This document shows, piece by piece, positions 1 through 8,304 of a DNA stretch of 64,000 bases; the first letter of the stretch is position 1, and each line of letters starts with the position of its first letter. The stretch is taken from IMG/VR virus record IMGVR_UViG_3300042010_000106, positions 248,001 through 312,000 of that record, one strand, 5' to 3'. A program made the position numbers and the translations under genes. The notes beneath the pieces are model-generated. The model was not told where the DNA came from, searched no databases, and saw nothing but the letters and a program-made list of their open reading frames with translations.

Positions 1-773
1 TCCAGACCCGGATTCATCAGCGCCATGTTTTGCAACCATTGTTGCACGCTGTCTGCACTCGGTTCTGCTTTGCGGAAACCTTTTGGCAGAGCCTTGCCGC
101 GTTTCGAATCCTCAGACACAACGGTCTGGTCGAGTTTCATCGCGACAATCGTACCGTATTTTTGCGTCTTGTCTTTCAGCAGTGTCAGCACGTCTTTATC
201 AACGGCTTTTACTTTAACTGGATGCGGGCCTTTGGAAGTGATTTCACCCTTACCATATGACTGGAAATGCAGACCGCCTTTGTATGTTGTCCAAGCGCGT
301 AACTCTTCGGACACAGCCACAACAGCAGACATACCAATGCCGTGCGTGCCAGCCGACGTTTTATACGCCTTGTCATTGAATTTTGCGCCTGCGTGAGTGC
401 GGGTATACGCCGCTGTCATGATCGAAATCTTTTCGCCAGACTTCAGCGTTTTCATTTCGAGCGGAATACCACCAGCGCAGTCAGCCACAATGAAAATGTC
501 GGTGTCGTAGTTCAGAATCACTTCGATGATTTTGTTACGACCGGCAATGTGTTCATCGTATGCGTTATCTACAGCCTCTTTCACACAGCGATAAGCCATG
601 AATGGGCCGAGGTCGCCGAGATACATTGACGGGTTTAAACGCAGACCGTCCAAGCCTTCCGCAATTTGGAATCCGTCTTGCGTTGCGCTGTCTTTCTTGT
701 TGGCCTTTTTAACACCCTCGGCAATCTTTGTTTTCTTCGTTGCCTTTTCGACCGGGGCCGATTTCTTAGCCAT
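1..773 (-). CDS. gyrB: Type IIA topoisomerase / DNA gyrase B-like subunit, N-terminal GHKL ATPase part (runs off the left edge; absent from the ORF track)
   Basis: Manual translation from ATG at 773: MAKKSAPVEK...GLDGLRLNPSMYLG...KEAVDNAYDEH...VADCAGGIP...THAGAKFNDKAYKTSAGTHGIGMSAVVAVS...YGTIV...NMALMNPGL. This matches the GyrB motifs (ExxDN, DxGxGIP, HAGGKF...SGGLHGVG). The ATG overlaps the upstream stop (TGATG). Confidence 0.93.
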   Translation of the reverse strand, partial: MAKKSAPVEKATKKTKIAEGVKKANKKDSATQDGFQIAEGLDGLRLNPSMYLGDLGPFMAYRCVKEAVDNAYDEHIAGRNKIIEVILNYDTDIFIVADCAGGIPLEMKTLKSGEKISIMTAAYTRTHAGAKFNDKAYKTSAGTHGIGMSAVVAVSEELRAWTTYKGGLHFQSYGKGEITSKGPHPVKVKAVDKDVLTLLKDKTQKYGTIVAMKLDQTVVSEDSKRGKALPKGFRKAEPSADSVQQWLQNMALMNPGL

Positions 774-970
774 CAGTAAAATTCCTCTTCTGCAATGCGA
801 CTGCGCAGAATGTCGTAGTAGACGTGCATGGCCTCAAGCTGTTTCAGGATTCGCCGTTGTCCACCGCTATGAATGGTTTTGTATTCGGGGCCGTCGAATA
901 CTGCTTGCAAACGTTTCATTTCTTTTTCGAGGTTTGCTTTTTCAGCAAGCATCAATTCTTGTGTGGTCAT
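773..970 (-). CDS. Small helical hypothetical protein (pattern resembles crAss001_48-like domain)
   Basis: 65 aa ORF, coupled on both sides; pattern E-x-x-x-L...F...Q-L-x-A-M-x-x-Y-x-x-I-L-x-x-R-I recognised from memory. Confidence 0.7.
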   Translation of the reverse strand: MTTQELMLAEKANLEKEMKRLQAVFDGPEYKTIHSGGQRRILKQLEAMHVYYDILRSRIAEEEFY

Positions 971-1398
971 TGCTTGGTCGCCTTTGGTTTGCGTGCACGG
1001 GGCTTGCTCGGTTTCTTTGCAGCCATACCGCCGACATCCAAAGACGCGGCCACTTCAGCCTTCGCTGCTGCTTTTACTTTGGGAGACTTGCGTTTCTTTT
1101 TGACCTTAACCGCAGGCATTTCGCTTTCGAGTTGGGTCAAACCAATCTTGAACATTTCCGAATGGTTAGCACCTGCGTCCGAAGCCACACGGATAATTCC
1201 GCTTTCTGTTTTCTCAATGATCAGGAACGTTCCCGATTGCGGATGTTTGACGACCGTTGTGTATGTGGTGCCGTCTTTGTGTGTATTGCTGCGATGAAAA
1301 GTATCATCGTGGCGGGTGTGTGGGTGTGAATAGAAGCTGCCAACAATGGCGTGCATCACTTCGCGAGTGTTCAACTTGCCAATCAATTGCGTAAGCAT
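967..1398 (-). CDS. Hypothetical protein with Lys-rich C-terminal tail
   Basis: 143 aa ORF, strong SD (AAGGAGG) upstream, directly downstream of an ACTGTAAAT box. Confidence 0.8.
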   Translation of the reverse strand: MLTQLIGKLNTREVMHAIVGSFYSHPHTRHDDTFHRSNTHKDGTTYTTVVKHPQSGTFLIIEKTESGIIRVASDAGANHSEMFKIGLTQLESEMPAVKVKKKRKSPKVKAAAKAEVAASLDVGGMAAKKPSKPRARKPKATKQ

Positions 1399-1426
1399 AA
1401 AGAATTCCTCCTTTCGTATAGGAGTT

Positions 1427-1436
1427 ATTTACAGTT
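1427..1436 (-). promoter_or_regulatory. AACTGTAAAT candidate phage (middle) promoter box
   Basis: Intergenic, sense-oriented, ~29 nt upstream of the ATG at 1398; the same box recurs before several replication genes. Confidence 0.6.
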
Positions 1437-1453
1437 TTTCGGCCCTATATGAA

Positions 1454-1485
1454 AAAGCCCCCGAATCCATTAAGGAAACGAGGGC
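1454..1485 (-). terminator. Hairpin/intrinsic terminator, near-identical (31/32) to 42670-42701
   Basis: Minus strand GCCCTCG-TTTCCTTAATGGATT-CGGGGGC followed by TTTTT. Confidence 0.75.
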
Positions 1486-1489
1486 CATT

Positions 1490-1960
1490 TTATTTCAGGT
1501 ATTCCATCCAATTCTCGAAATACTTCGTCAACTGGTCACTGCGTTTGTGTGTACGCTTGTGGGCGTGCAGGAAATCCCTTTGGTTTTGTTTCTTGTCTGC
1601 AATGAGCATGAACCGCAAATCCTCAAGAAGAGGGCCAACGGCTTCACTGATTTCGTCCTGCGTCCAACTGTCTGTGTGTGGTTTGCACAGATAAGCATTT
1701 GCCGCACGGCGGTAATCCAAAGCCAACACCAATGCAGCAGAGTTAACCTTTGGATCGTTCCCGATTTTGTCGATGAACATTGTGTATTCTGCGTCACCCT
1801 GCAAAAGCGGATGCAAACAGAATGCAGCTTTCACATAATCTTTTGCACCGAGTTCCGTAAGGATTTCAATGCCTTCGTCAATGTGATTCATCAACGGGAT
1901 TCCGCTGCGTCTTGCACAGCGGTCGCCGTAGTATTCTGAAATCAGTTGATGCTCATACAT
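1490..1960 (-). CDS. RelA/SpoT-hydrolase (HD/Mesh1)-like protein with degenerate HD motif
   Basis: Likely start MYEHQL at 1960. RRSGIPLMNH, AAFCLHPLLQ and LIADKKQN align by eye with RxSGxPYxxH, AALLHDxxED and VKxADRxxN. Confidence 0.6.
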   Translation of the reverse strand: MYEHQLISEYYGDRCARRSGIPLMNHIDEGIEILTELGAKDYVKAAFCLHPLLQGDAEYTMFIDKIGNDPKVNSAALVLALDYRRAANAYLCKPHTDSWTQDEISEAVGPLLEDLRFMLIADKKQNQRDFLHAHKRTHKRSDQLTKYFENWMEYLK

Positions 1961-1970
1961 GACAGTGCCC

Positions 1971-2210
1971 TTAGTTGCAGCGTTCCGGCAGCAACGTTTC
2001 TTTGTTGATTTTTGCAGTGTATTCCTTCGGGCCGATACGTAAGTACACAATACCGTCAGCACACCGCAAGTCACTGTTTTTGATTTCGTAAATCTTGATG
2101 TACTCAGTTTTGCTTTCCATCGTGGCGCGGGTGACAATTTCGTCAGACCCACCACAACCGGCCAGCGCCATGAACGCGATCAACAATACAAAACCGATTG
2201 CGCATTTCAT
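1971..2210 (-). CDS. Small lipoprotein
   Basis: Signal peptide MKCAIGFVLLIAFMA followed by lipobox LAGC. Confidence 0.75.
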   Translation of the reverse strand: MKCAIGFVLLIAFMALAGCGGSDEIVTRATMESKTEYIKIYEIKNSDLRCADGIVYLRIGPKEYTAKINKETLLPERCN

Positions 2211-3379
2211 CAGTCAGCCGCCTGTGCTTTCTTGACGGTTTTTTCCAGAAGCTTTTTGATCGTCTTCGGCAATTCTTTACCCGTGAAGTGGTATGCGAAT
2301 GCTTCGGCGAAAAGTTCCTGTACGCTGGTCTTGGCGTATTCCGAAATCAGCGAATCGGAATGCGAGATTGCCGCGCTGGTCGGCCAGATGGCGCTGAGTG
2401 CCTTGCTGTTTTGGTTCAGCAGGATATTCAAATCTTCCGGCGACATTTTGTGGATCTTTTTCAGATACGCGAGCGCATCTTTGAACATTGCCAGTTCGTC
2501 TTCTTCGATGTCGCTTTGGAATTCGCGAACCGATTGCTGCGAAGAAACCAGTGCAGTGCAAAGGTCTTCCATTTCGGATTTCTTTGCCTTGGTCACTTTG
2601 GTTTGTTCGTTGTAGATTTCCAGCCACTCGGAACGAGTCTTTTCATCAACGAAACGATACCACACAGCGTGGCCGAGTTCGTGCATGAAAATGTATTGGT
2701 TGTACAGTTGATCGTTCAGAACTTTCGGGTGCAGTTTGATGATGTCCTCTGCGCTACCCGATTTGAAACTGACTTGATACGAACCGGCCCACTTGCCTTT
2801 TGGATTGTGGACTTCGATGCGCTGAATCGGCAGAACTTTCGACAGGCCCATGTCGCCCATCTTGGCTACGACTTTCTTGATCGCTACTTTGATAGCTTTC
2901 TTTTCGTCGTCGTCAGTTTTGCGGAAATAGTGCATAGGGCCGAGGTCGGTTTTGACTTCGCCGTAATGCAGAGTGATTTGCACACCGAATGCTGCGCCCG
3001 GTGCAGGATCTTTACCGATGTTTGCAATCAGTGTGTGTTCGTCGTATTCGAACGTTTGTGGCTCTTCACTGTGCAGCGTGTCTTCGATGTAGCAAGTGTT
3101 ACGCTTCGGCGAATGGGCCAGTGCCAATTTGTTTTTCTTGCCTACGCGGACGATGATGTAATCGTCTTTTGCAACTTCGATCAGAACGCGGTCGCTCTTC
3201 ACTTTGGCAACAGCAGTTTTGCCTTCGGTGTCGCCGCCGCTAACGTCCACAACTACGTCGCTGCTTTTCTTTTTCTTTTTGGTCGGCACGTCAAGGTCGA
3301 GTTTCTTTTTCTTCACCAGCACTTTACCGCTCGATTCCTTGTTCTTTTTCTTCTTCTTTTTCTTGATGTCATCAGACAT
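2210..3379 (-). CDS. Zinc metallopeptidase (zincin, HEXXH) with poly-Lys N-terminus
   Basis: Likely start MSDDIKKKKKKK at 3379; FMHELGHAVW plus downstream EYAKTSVQELFAEAF (third-ligand helix typical of Mtfa/anthrax-LF-like zincins). Confidence 0.8.
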   Translation of the reverse strand: MSDDIKKKKKKKNKESSGKVLVKKKKLDLDVPTKKKKKSSDVVVDVSGGDTEGKTAVAKVKSDRVLIEVAKDDYIIVRVGKKNKLALAHSPKRNTCYIEDTLHSEEPQTFEYDEHTLIANIGKDPAPGAAFGVQITLHYGEVKTDLGPMHYFRKTDDDEKKAIKVAIKKVVAKMGDMGLSKVLPIQRIEVHNPKGKWAGSYQVSFKSGSAEDIIKLHPKVLNDQLYNQYIFMHELGHAVWYRFVDEKTRSEWLEIYNEQTKVTKAKKSEMEDLCTALVSSQQSVREFQSDIEEDELAMFKDALAYLKKIHKMSPEDLNILLNQNSKALSAIWPTSAAISHSDSLISEYAKTSVQELFAEAFAYHFTGKELPKTIKKLLEKTVKKAQAAD

Positions 3380-3659
3380 TGGTATTCTCCAAAGGTTTTG
3401 TGTAGGGTATGCCTGTTTTGGCATGAAAGAATTTTGCGTTTGGATCAGGCTTGGTTAGCAATTCGTGGGAGTAGAATGAATCCCCATCACTAATGGGTCG
3501 CGATAATATACCGCCTTCAAGTTCTATATCCCGCACCTCGATAACAGCGTGTGGATTGTTTTTCCAGTCTGTATTTTTCCAACGAGAGCCTACGATCCAA
3601 CCGCCTGCAAATTGTACAGGTTCGTTTTTTGCGTTGTAGGAATTTCGCCACACCTGCAT
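3372..3659 (-). CDS. Hypothetical protein
   Basis: 95 aa ORF with GGAG SD, overlapping the next gene. Confidence 0.6.
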   Translation of the reverse strand: MQVWRNSYNAKNEPVQFAGGWIVGSRWKNTDWKNNPHAVIEVRDIELEGGILSRPISDGDSFYSHELLTKPDPNAKFFHAKTGIPYTKPLENTNV

Positions 3660-3679
3660 TAGCTACTCTCCAGAGTTTT

Positions 3680-4183
3680 TCAGTCGCAAATATCTTTGAG
3701 GCCGTCGCCAATCGCGCTGACACATTCACCGGCTGTTTCGACTGTGCTGTTAATACCGTTGCCGATAGAACGCACAATGCCTTCTGCCAAATTAAGCAGG
3801 CCGTAACCATCAACAACTGGCGCACTGGACTGCGAAGACGACATAGACAGAGCCGAGTTATTTTGTGGCGCGTTACGCTCACGGTATTCCTTGCGGGATT
3901 GCTCAATCGAAATCTTTTCTTGAGCAACGTACGCGACCGGATCAAAACTTTCGTGACCGACAACAGTTACCAGAAGCTTTTCGGCTTGGTAATGGCACGG
4001 ACGATCCCACGCAATGTAGCCGCAAATTTCGTTGTATTTTTGTTCGTCGATGAATTCCCAATCACCCCAACCCGCTGCCAATTCTTCGGCAGTGAATTCT
4101 TCGCGACGACTGCTGTACCAAATATTTCTGTCCCACGAACGATAGCGGTACAGGTATTCAACGTCGCTTTGTTTTTCAACCAT
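3680..4183 (-). CDS. Hypothetical protein
   Basis: Start MVEKQ at 4183 (GAGG SD), Ser-rich linker and amphipathic Gly-rich C-terminus. Confidence 0.7.
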   Translation of the reverse strand: MVEKQSDVEYLYRYRSWDRNIWYSSRREEFTAEELAAGWGDWEFIDEQKYNEICGYIAWDRPCHYQAEKLLVTVVGHESFDPVAYVAQEKISIEQSRKEYRERNAPQNNSALSMSSSQSSAPVVDGYGLLNLAEGIVRSIGNGINSTVETAGECVSAIGDGLKDICD

Positions 4184-4808
4184 TTGCCACCTCTTTGGCG
4201 GCAAGGGCCGCGATTTCTTTTGTCAGGAAACCATTCAACAGAATTTCGTTTTCGGTGATGCCCATGTAATCGAACTGGATTCCGTTGTTGAACTGGAACA
4301 GACCACCCGGCGTCATTTTCGAATTGAAATTCTCTACGTCTTTATCCCACGTGTAACCGTTGGTGCCGATGTAGTGAATCATGATCGGGTATTTGCTGCG
4401 GTTTTCGGTGTTGGCATTCAGGTTGCCATAACCGTAGACCAGATAAACGTTTCCGTTTTCATGGGTGTATGTGCTGCCGATGGTTGGCAAGTCATCCATG
4501 TAAACGGTTTGATCGCCGACAGTGGCATAACGCGGGATGAACACCACGTAGTTTTCCAAGTCGTGCGCATAAATGATTTCTGTTTTGTTGGTGCCTTGCG
4601 CTTTGATCGCGATTACAGCTTCGTCGGCTGCTACGCATTCGAACAGAGCGTTGTCGGTTTTGCGTTTCAACCAATGCACGTTCGGACGGCACAGCGCGTA
4701 TTGCAAAACCCCGTTAGAAACAACCGGGTTGTAAATATTGTGGATTGCATTGAGAGCCAATGCTTCTTGGATCAAACTGTTTACTTGCTCTTCGGTGTAC
4801 TTGATCAT
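4176..4808 (-). CDS. Hypothetical protein with DUF1653-like SH3-type segment
   Basis: Likely start MIKYTEEQ at 4808; IGSTYTHENGNVYLVYG...YPIMIHY...W pattern. Confidence 0.6.
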   Translation of the reverse strand: MIKYTEEQVNSLIQEALALNAIHNIYNPVVSNGVLQYALCRPNVHWLKRKTDNALFECVAADEAVIAIKAQGTNKTEIIYAHDLENYVVFIPRYATVGDQTVYMDDLPTIGSTYTHENGNVYLVYGYGNLNANTENRSKYPIMIHYIGTNGYTWDKDVENFNSKMTPGGLFQFNNGIQFDYMGITENEILLNGFLTKEIAALAAKEVANG

Positions 4809-4852
4809 ACGTTGCCTTTTTATGTGGATTGGGCACTCGCCCTTTGTCCTCA

Positions 4853-4862
4853 ATTTACAGTT
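4853..4862 (-). promoter_or_regulatory. AACTGTAAAT candidate promoter box overlapping the stop of the 4855-5787 gene
   Basis: Same motif as 1427, 13187, 42716 and 53130; 45 nt upstream of ATG 4808. Confidence 0.5.
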
Positions 4863-5787
4863 TTTTCGCTTTGGAATAGCCGTCGAGAATATCCGCCAAT
4901 CCTTTTGCAATTGCGTTATGGCCTTTATCGCTGTCGTCGTACAGAGTACGCAGCAAACGTGCATCACAATTCAACATTTCAACAGGCTGCTTTTCATAAC
5001 GCGTCTGGAAAGCCATCAGTTCTAAGCGTTCGTGTATTTCGTTGAGGCCGTTTCTCTCATAGTAGCGGGCGTCCGGGGTTGTGACGGGGCCGCAAAACAA
5101 AAGCATGCGCGCCTCTTTGACGATTTCTTTTACGGCTTCATTCACTTTTAAGCCACGGTCACGGATAAGCTGATCTTCGATTATGTTGAAGTGTTCACCA
5201 CGTTTGTCAGCGGTCGCAATGTCGGGCGTTTTATCCGCACGTACATTCTTCAGGTGCATATTTGCTGCGTGGATAATCTGCTTTGTCTGTTTCTCTACAG
5301 CCATGCCGTACGTAAGTGTACGTAAGTTCTTTTTATCTGTGAGAATTGTCAGGCCAGCGGTAGGATGCTTGCTTGTCCAATCTTTCAGGAAAATAAGCCC
5401 CTGCTTTTTCAGAGGTGCCTTTATCACAGATTTTTTCCACGTGCGTTCGTACCATTTTGCAGACAGGAAAACGTACTCACGGCCATTCAAAAAAACCGCG
5501 TCACCAAACCATGACATGATATAACGGCGTTTTTCAATGTAGTCGAGGTTTCGCAGGTCGAAAATGTCCACGATCTTTTTCGCGTGGTCTATCGCACTAT
5601 TTCGGATGTCTTCGGGCACGCCGAACAGCCGATCTTTCGCATTTTTAAATTGCGGGCCACCGTCTGTATATGTGTGCAGTAGCAAAGCTTTGTGAAGCGC
5701 TTGCTGGTGGTCTACAAACTTCTCTTCTAAATCACCGAGCGTAGCGCCGCTAACGACGGTGTTAAAAATGGGCAAATAAACTTTCAT
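4855..5787 (-). CDS. Hypothetical protein
   Basis: 310 aa ORF with plausible composition; no family recognised. Confidence 0.8.
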   Translation of the reverse strand: MKVYLPIFNTVVSGATLGDLEEKFVDHQQALHKALLLHTYTDGGPQFKNAKDRLFGVPEDIRNSAIDHAKKIVDIFDLRNLDYIEKRRYIMSWFGDAVFLNGREYVFLSAKWYERTWKKSVIKAPLKKQGLIFLKDWTSKHPTAGLTILTDKKNLRTLTYGMAVEKQTKQIIHAANMHLKNVRADKTPDIATADKRGEHFNIIEDQLIRDRGLKVNEAVKEIVKEARMLLFCGPVTTPDARYYERNGLNEIHERLELMAFQTRYEKQPVEMLNCDARLLRTLYDDSDKGHNAIAKGLADILDGYSKAKKL

Positions 5788-6537
5788 GAATTTCCTAAGT
5801 CTTTATCAATGGTTGGTGCGCAGGCCGGTGGGTCGGCTTTGGGAAAGGGGGCGGGCGGCAGGTGGGGATAGGGCGCCTTTCGGCGCTGTTATCGTTAGGA
5901 ACGTAGTGACTAGATAACGAGCTGCCTTTGATCCAGAAAAGACTTATGGTTCGTTTTATGGAACATAAAATTCGGACACAATATGCCATTGAAAAATCAC
6001 AGAAGGCATGCAAAGCACACGCTCTTTCAAAGCTTTTCTTGTGGGGCTGCTGGGGGCTGCTCTTGCACTCGCATCTGCTGTCCCTTCGGGACGACAGGCT
6101 TGTTCGCTTCGCTCCCTCGCCTGTCTTTCTTTCGCTTCGCTCCAGCCTTTCTCGCAAGCTCGAAAGAGCAAACGCAATTCGTTCGAAGCTGGTTGAACCG
6201 CAAAGGAAGCAATGGCTCACTACGTTCGGGGTCGTTTCAAAACGCATACGTTCTGAACCTCCATTCCGCGCCGAGTACACATCCCCCAATTTACAGTATT
6301 AAAAAGGTCGATATTTTTGAGCCAAAAAGAAACGGTTTTACCTAATGAAAGCTTGTGTATTAACGCATTAATAAAAAACATGGGGTCACGGGAGAGCGAA
6401 AAACACGTGTATTTTTGCAGCGTAGACGCTCAGGATTACAGGTTCGCAAATCATTTGTGTATTTTCCTAATAAAAACCAAATAAAAGGCAATAAAAAAGG
6501 GAACCGTTTGGCTCCCTTTAGGTAAGGCAATGAAAGA
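5788..6537. other. Large structured, probably non-coding region; candidate replication origin
   Basis: Longest gap between convincing genes; G-tract cluster, several GAA/GAAA mini-hairpins, duplicated GGAGCGAAGCGA, 11-bp inverted repeat, AT-rich block 6290-6500. Confidence 0.4.
6289..6298 (-). promoter_or_regulatory. TACTGTAAAT candidate promoter box pointing into the structured region
   Basis: Motif match in intergenic DNA. Confidence 0.45.
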
Positions 6538-7323
6538 TTAGGACTTGCTGGCTGTGAAATACGCACTCAATTCCTGAAGGTTGCTTTCAGGTTTGCGTTT
6601 CCATTCACCATGCGAAACCACTTGCGGTGCCAATGGGCAGGGGTCTTCTTTGTACAAAAGGCGTTTGCAAACCTCATGCAAAAGATTAACCAATTGCCCA
6701 TCGGTTATATCAAAACTCCAACCGGTTTGGCCGAAGTCGAATTGCAAAGCCAAGCGCGGTTCCTGATTAACCACTTCAGGTTCAGCAATTGCCTCTGTGA
6801 CAGCCGGTGCCGGATTGAAGAAATCATAAACTGCTTTGTTGATGGATTCACCAACAGGCAGACCATCGTGCGTTTCGAAAACTTCTTTGCCGGGATTCAA
6901 TTCGGCCACACGTGATTCAATGGTCTGTTCCGTGTCGTACGTGGCGTCAACCATTTCACGATAACCCGGTGCCTGACCTTTCCACACGTCCACGCCTTCA
7001 ATGGTCACGCGCAGCTTTTCAGAGCCGTACATGTCCACGTTGATAACGGTTTCGTCATCGTTCCAATTGAATGTGCGGATAGCTGCCGCTGTAGACTTCA
7101 GCTTGTGTTTATTTTTCAAACGCTTCAGGATTTCGTGTTTCACACCATCCCAAATTTTACCGAACGCAGCAGAATCGCTGTCGTGAATAACCTTCGCCAG
7201 CTTTTCGCCAGTCTGGTTACTCATGAACGGCATAATCATACGCAGCATTGCACTACGTTTTGCATCGCCTTTACGGCCCCGTGCAATTGCGATCATGTTT
7301 GACGCAATCAGTTTTTCGTTCAT
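6538..7323 (-). CDS. Hypothetical protein
   Basis: 261 aa ORF coupled to the upstream gene. Confidence 0.8.
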   Translation of the reverse strand: MNEKLIASNMIAIARGRKGDAKRSAMLRMIMPFMSNQTGEKLAKVIHDSDSAAFGKIWDGVKHEILKRLKNKHKLKSTAAAIRTFNWNDDETVINVDMYGSEKLRVTIEGVDVWKGQAPGYREMVDATYDTEQTIESRVAELNPGKEVFETHDGLPVGESINKAVYDFFNPAPAVTEAIAEPEVVNQEPRLALQFDFGQTGWSFDITDGQLVNLLHEVCKRLLYKEDPCPLAPQVVSHGEWKRKPESNLQELSAYFTASKS

Positions 7324-7823
7324 GGTTGGTACTCAAAATCAACAGGTTTTATTTGGTGGCCGTGCGTAACCACAGAGCATTCCAAAGCCGCACGAACATC
7401 CGGCACTAGGTCTGCTTTAGACAGGCTATGCAAAACAATGCGATTGACCGCACGCCCACGAATCAGTCTGGCCGCTCCCTGCACGTTATTCAAAAACAAA
7501 TGATGCTTGTAGTTTTTAACCATCACGACTTTATCCGCCGGGAAAATCTCGACAGTGTACCAGTCGAAAATAGGTACAACCTTTTCAGGCACTTCAGCTA
7601 CTTTTGAATAACCGTCCTCAAACGCGGCTGCGGGACTGAACGACTGATAGCCATCCAGATACTGCACGAAATAACCGCCCACAAAAGGCTTATGTTTTTC
7701 CATGTAGTCAGCAGTAACGATCACGTACACGTTGGCATCAGCACTGATCAAGGAATTACCCACGATGCGGTCGATTTGAAAACCGTCCACTTCTTTGTGG
7801 CATTTCCAATGTGGCAGTTTCAT
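7320..7823 (-). CDS. Hypothetical two-domain protein; N-domain with GGYFVQYLDGYQSFSPAAAFEDGY motif
   Basis: Start MKLPHWK at 7823 (AAGGAGG SD); motif of a widespread small phage domain (GYxVxYxDGYxSxSPxxxFExxY). Confidence 0.75.
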   Translation of the reverse strand: MKLPHWKCHKEVDGFQIDRIVGNSLISADANVYVIVTADYMEKHKPFVGGYFVQYLDGYQSFSPAAAFEDGYSKVAEVPEKVVPIFDWYTVEIFPADKVVMVKNYKHHLFLNNVQGAARLIRGRAVNRIVLHSLSKADLVPDVRAALECSVVTHGHQIKPVDFEYQP

Positions 7824-7824
7824 T

Positions 7825-8304
7825 TTATTCCTCCTTGAGTTTGTACATGAATTGCAGCGTGCCACCTTCTGGCGAACCGTGCATGATAGAACCGTCGCGG
7901 ATTTCGAACAGAGACTGCGCGGCGTTGATACGATCACACATCGACGGGAAATCACCCGGACGCAAATCAATTTTCTGACCTTCTGGCTTGGTCACGAAAA
8001 TATAAATGCAGCGGTCGGCCATGCCAATTTTTACACGGTCTTCGTGGCCTACCCACATTGCGAATTCATCGAGGCGCAGAAATTCTTCGCAAATCAGGAA
8101 ACGCATGGTGGCGCTGCCGACAGACAAAGCCACTTCCAAATCCTTTGCCATCCAGCCTTTGAAATCCACGTTGATTTCGCCGATGGTTTGCCCGCGCAGG
8201 AAATTCAGATTGTCGTCGTAGCGCATGCTGAAAACATTGCCATCGCGTGTAGCAGGTTCGTCACGTTCATGCAAAACAACTTTGATTGGATTGAGGTCGG
8301 TCAT
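7825..8304 (-). CDS. Hypothetical protein
   Basis: 159 aa ORF, ATGA-coupled. Confidence 0.8.
   Translation of the reverse strand: MTDLNPIKVVLHERDEPATRDGNVFSMRYDDNLNFLRGQTIGEINVDFKGWMAKDLEVALSVGSATMRFLICEEFLRLDEFAMWVGHEDRVKIGMADRCIYIFVTKPEGQKIDLRPGDFPSMCDRINAAQSLFEIRDGSIMHGSPEGGTLQFMYKLKEE

Noticed and set aside
330-365. SAGTHGIG resembling a tubulin/PhuZ GGGTGTG signature
   Set aside because: The surrounding sequence shows it is the GyrB G2 box (SGGLHGVG equivalent). No PhuZ or chimallin was recognised in the window.
5795-6302. ORFs 5795-6289(-), 5928-6302(+) and other short overlapping ORFs in the structured gap
   Set aside because: Atypical composition and no motifs; they overlap hairpin clusters. 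The minus ORF has a GGAGG about 10 nt before an internal ATG (~6247), so it is not fully excluded.
7320-7823. Assignment as a Tad2/DUF2829 or Acb2 anti-defence sponge
   Set aside because: It lacks the diagnostic motifs (R.GWNGK..., W.PSQ.D.LA.DW; Acb2 RAIAQP). Kept only as an associated-domain note.
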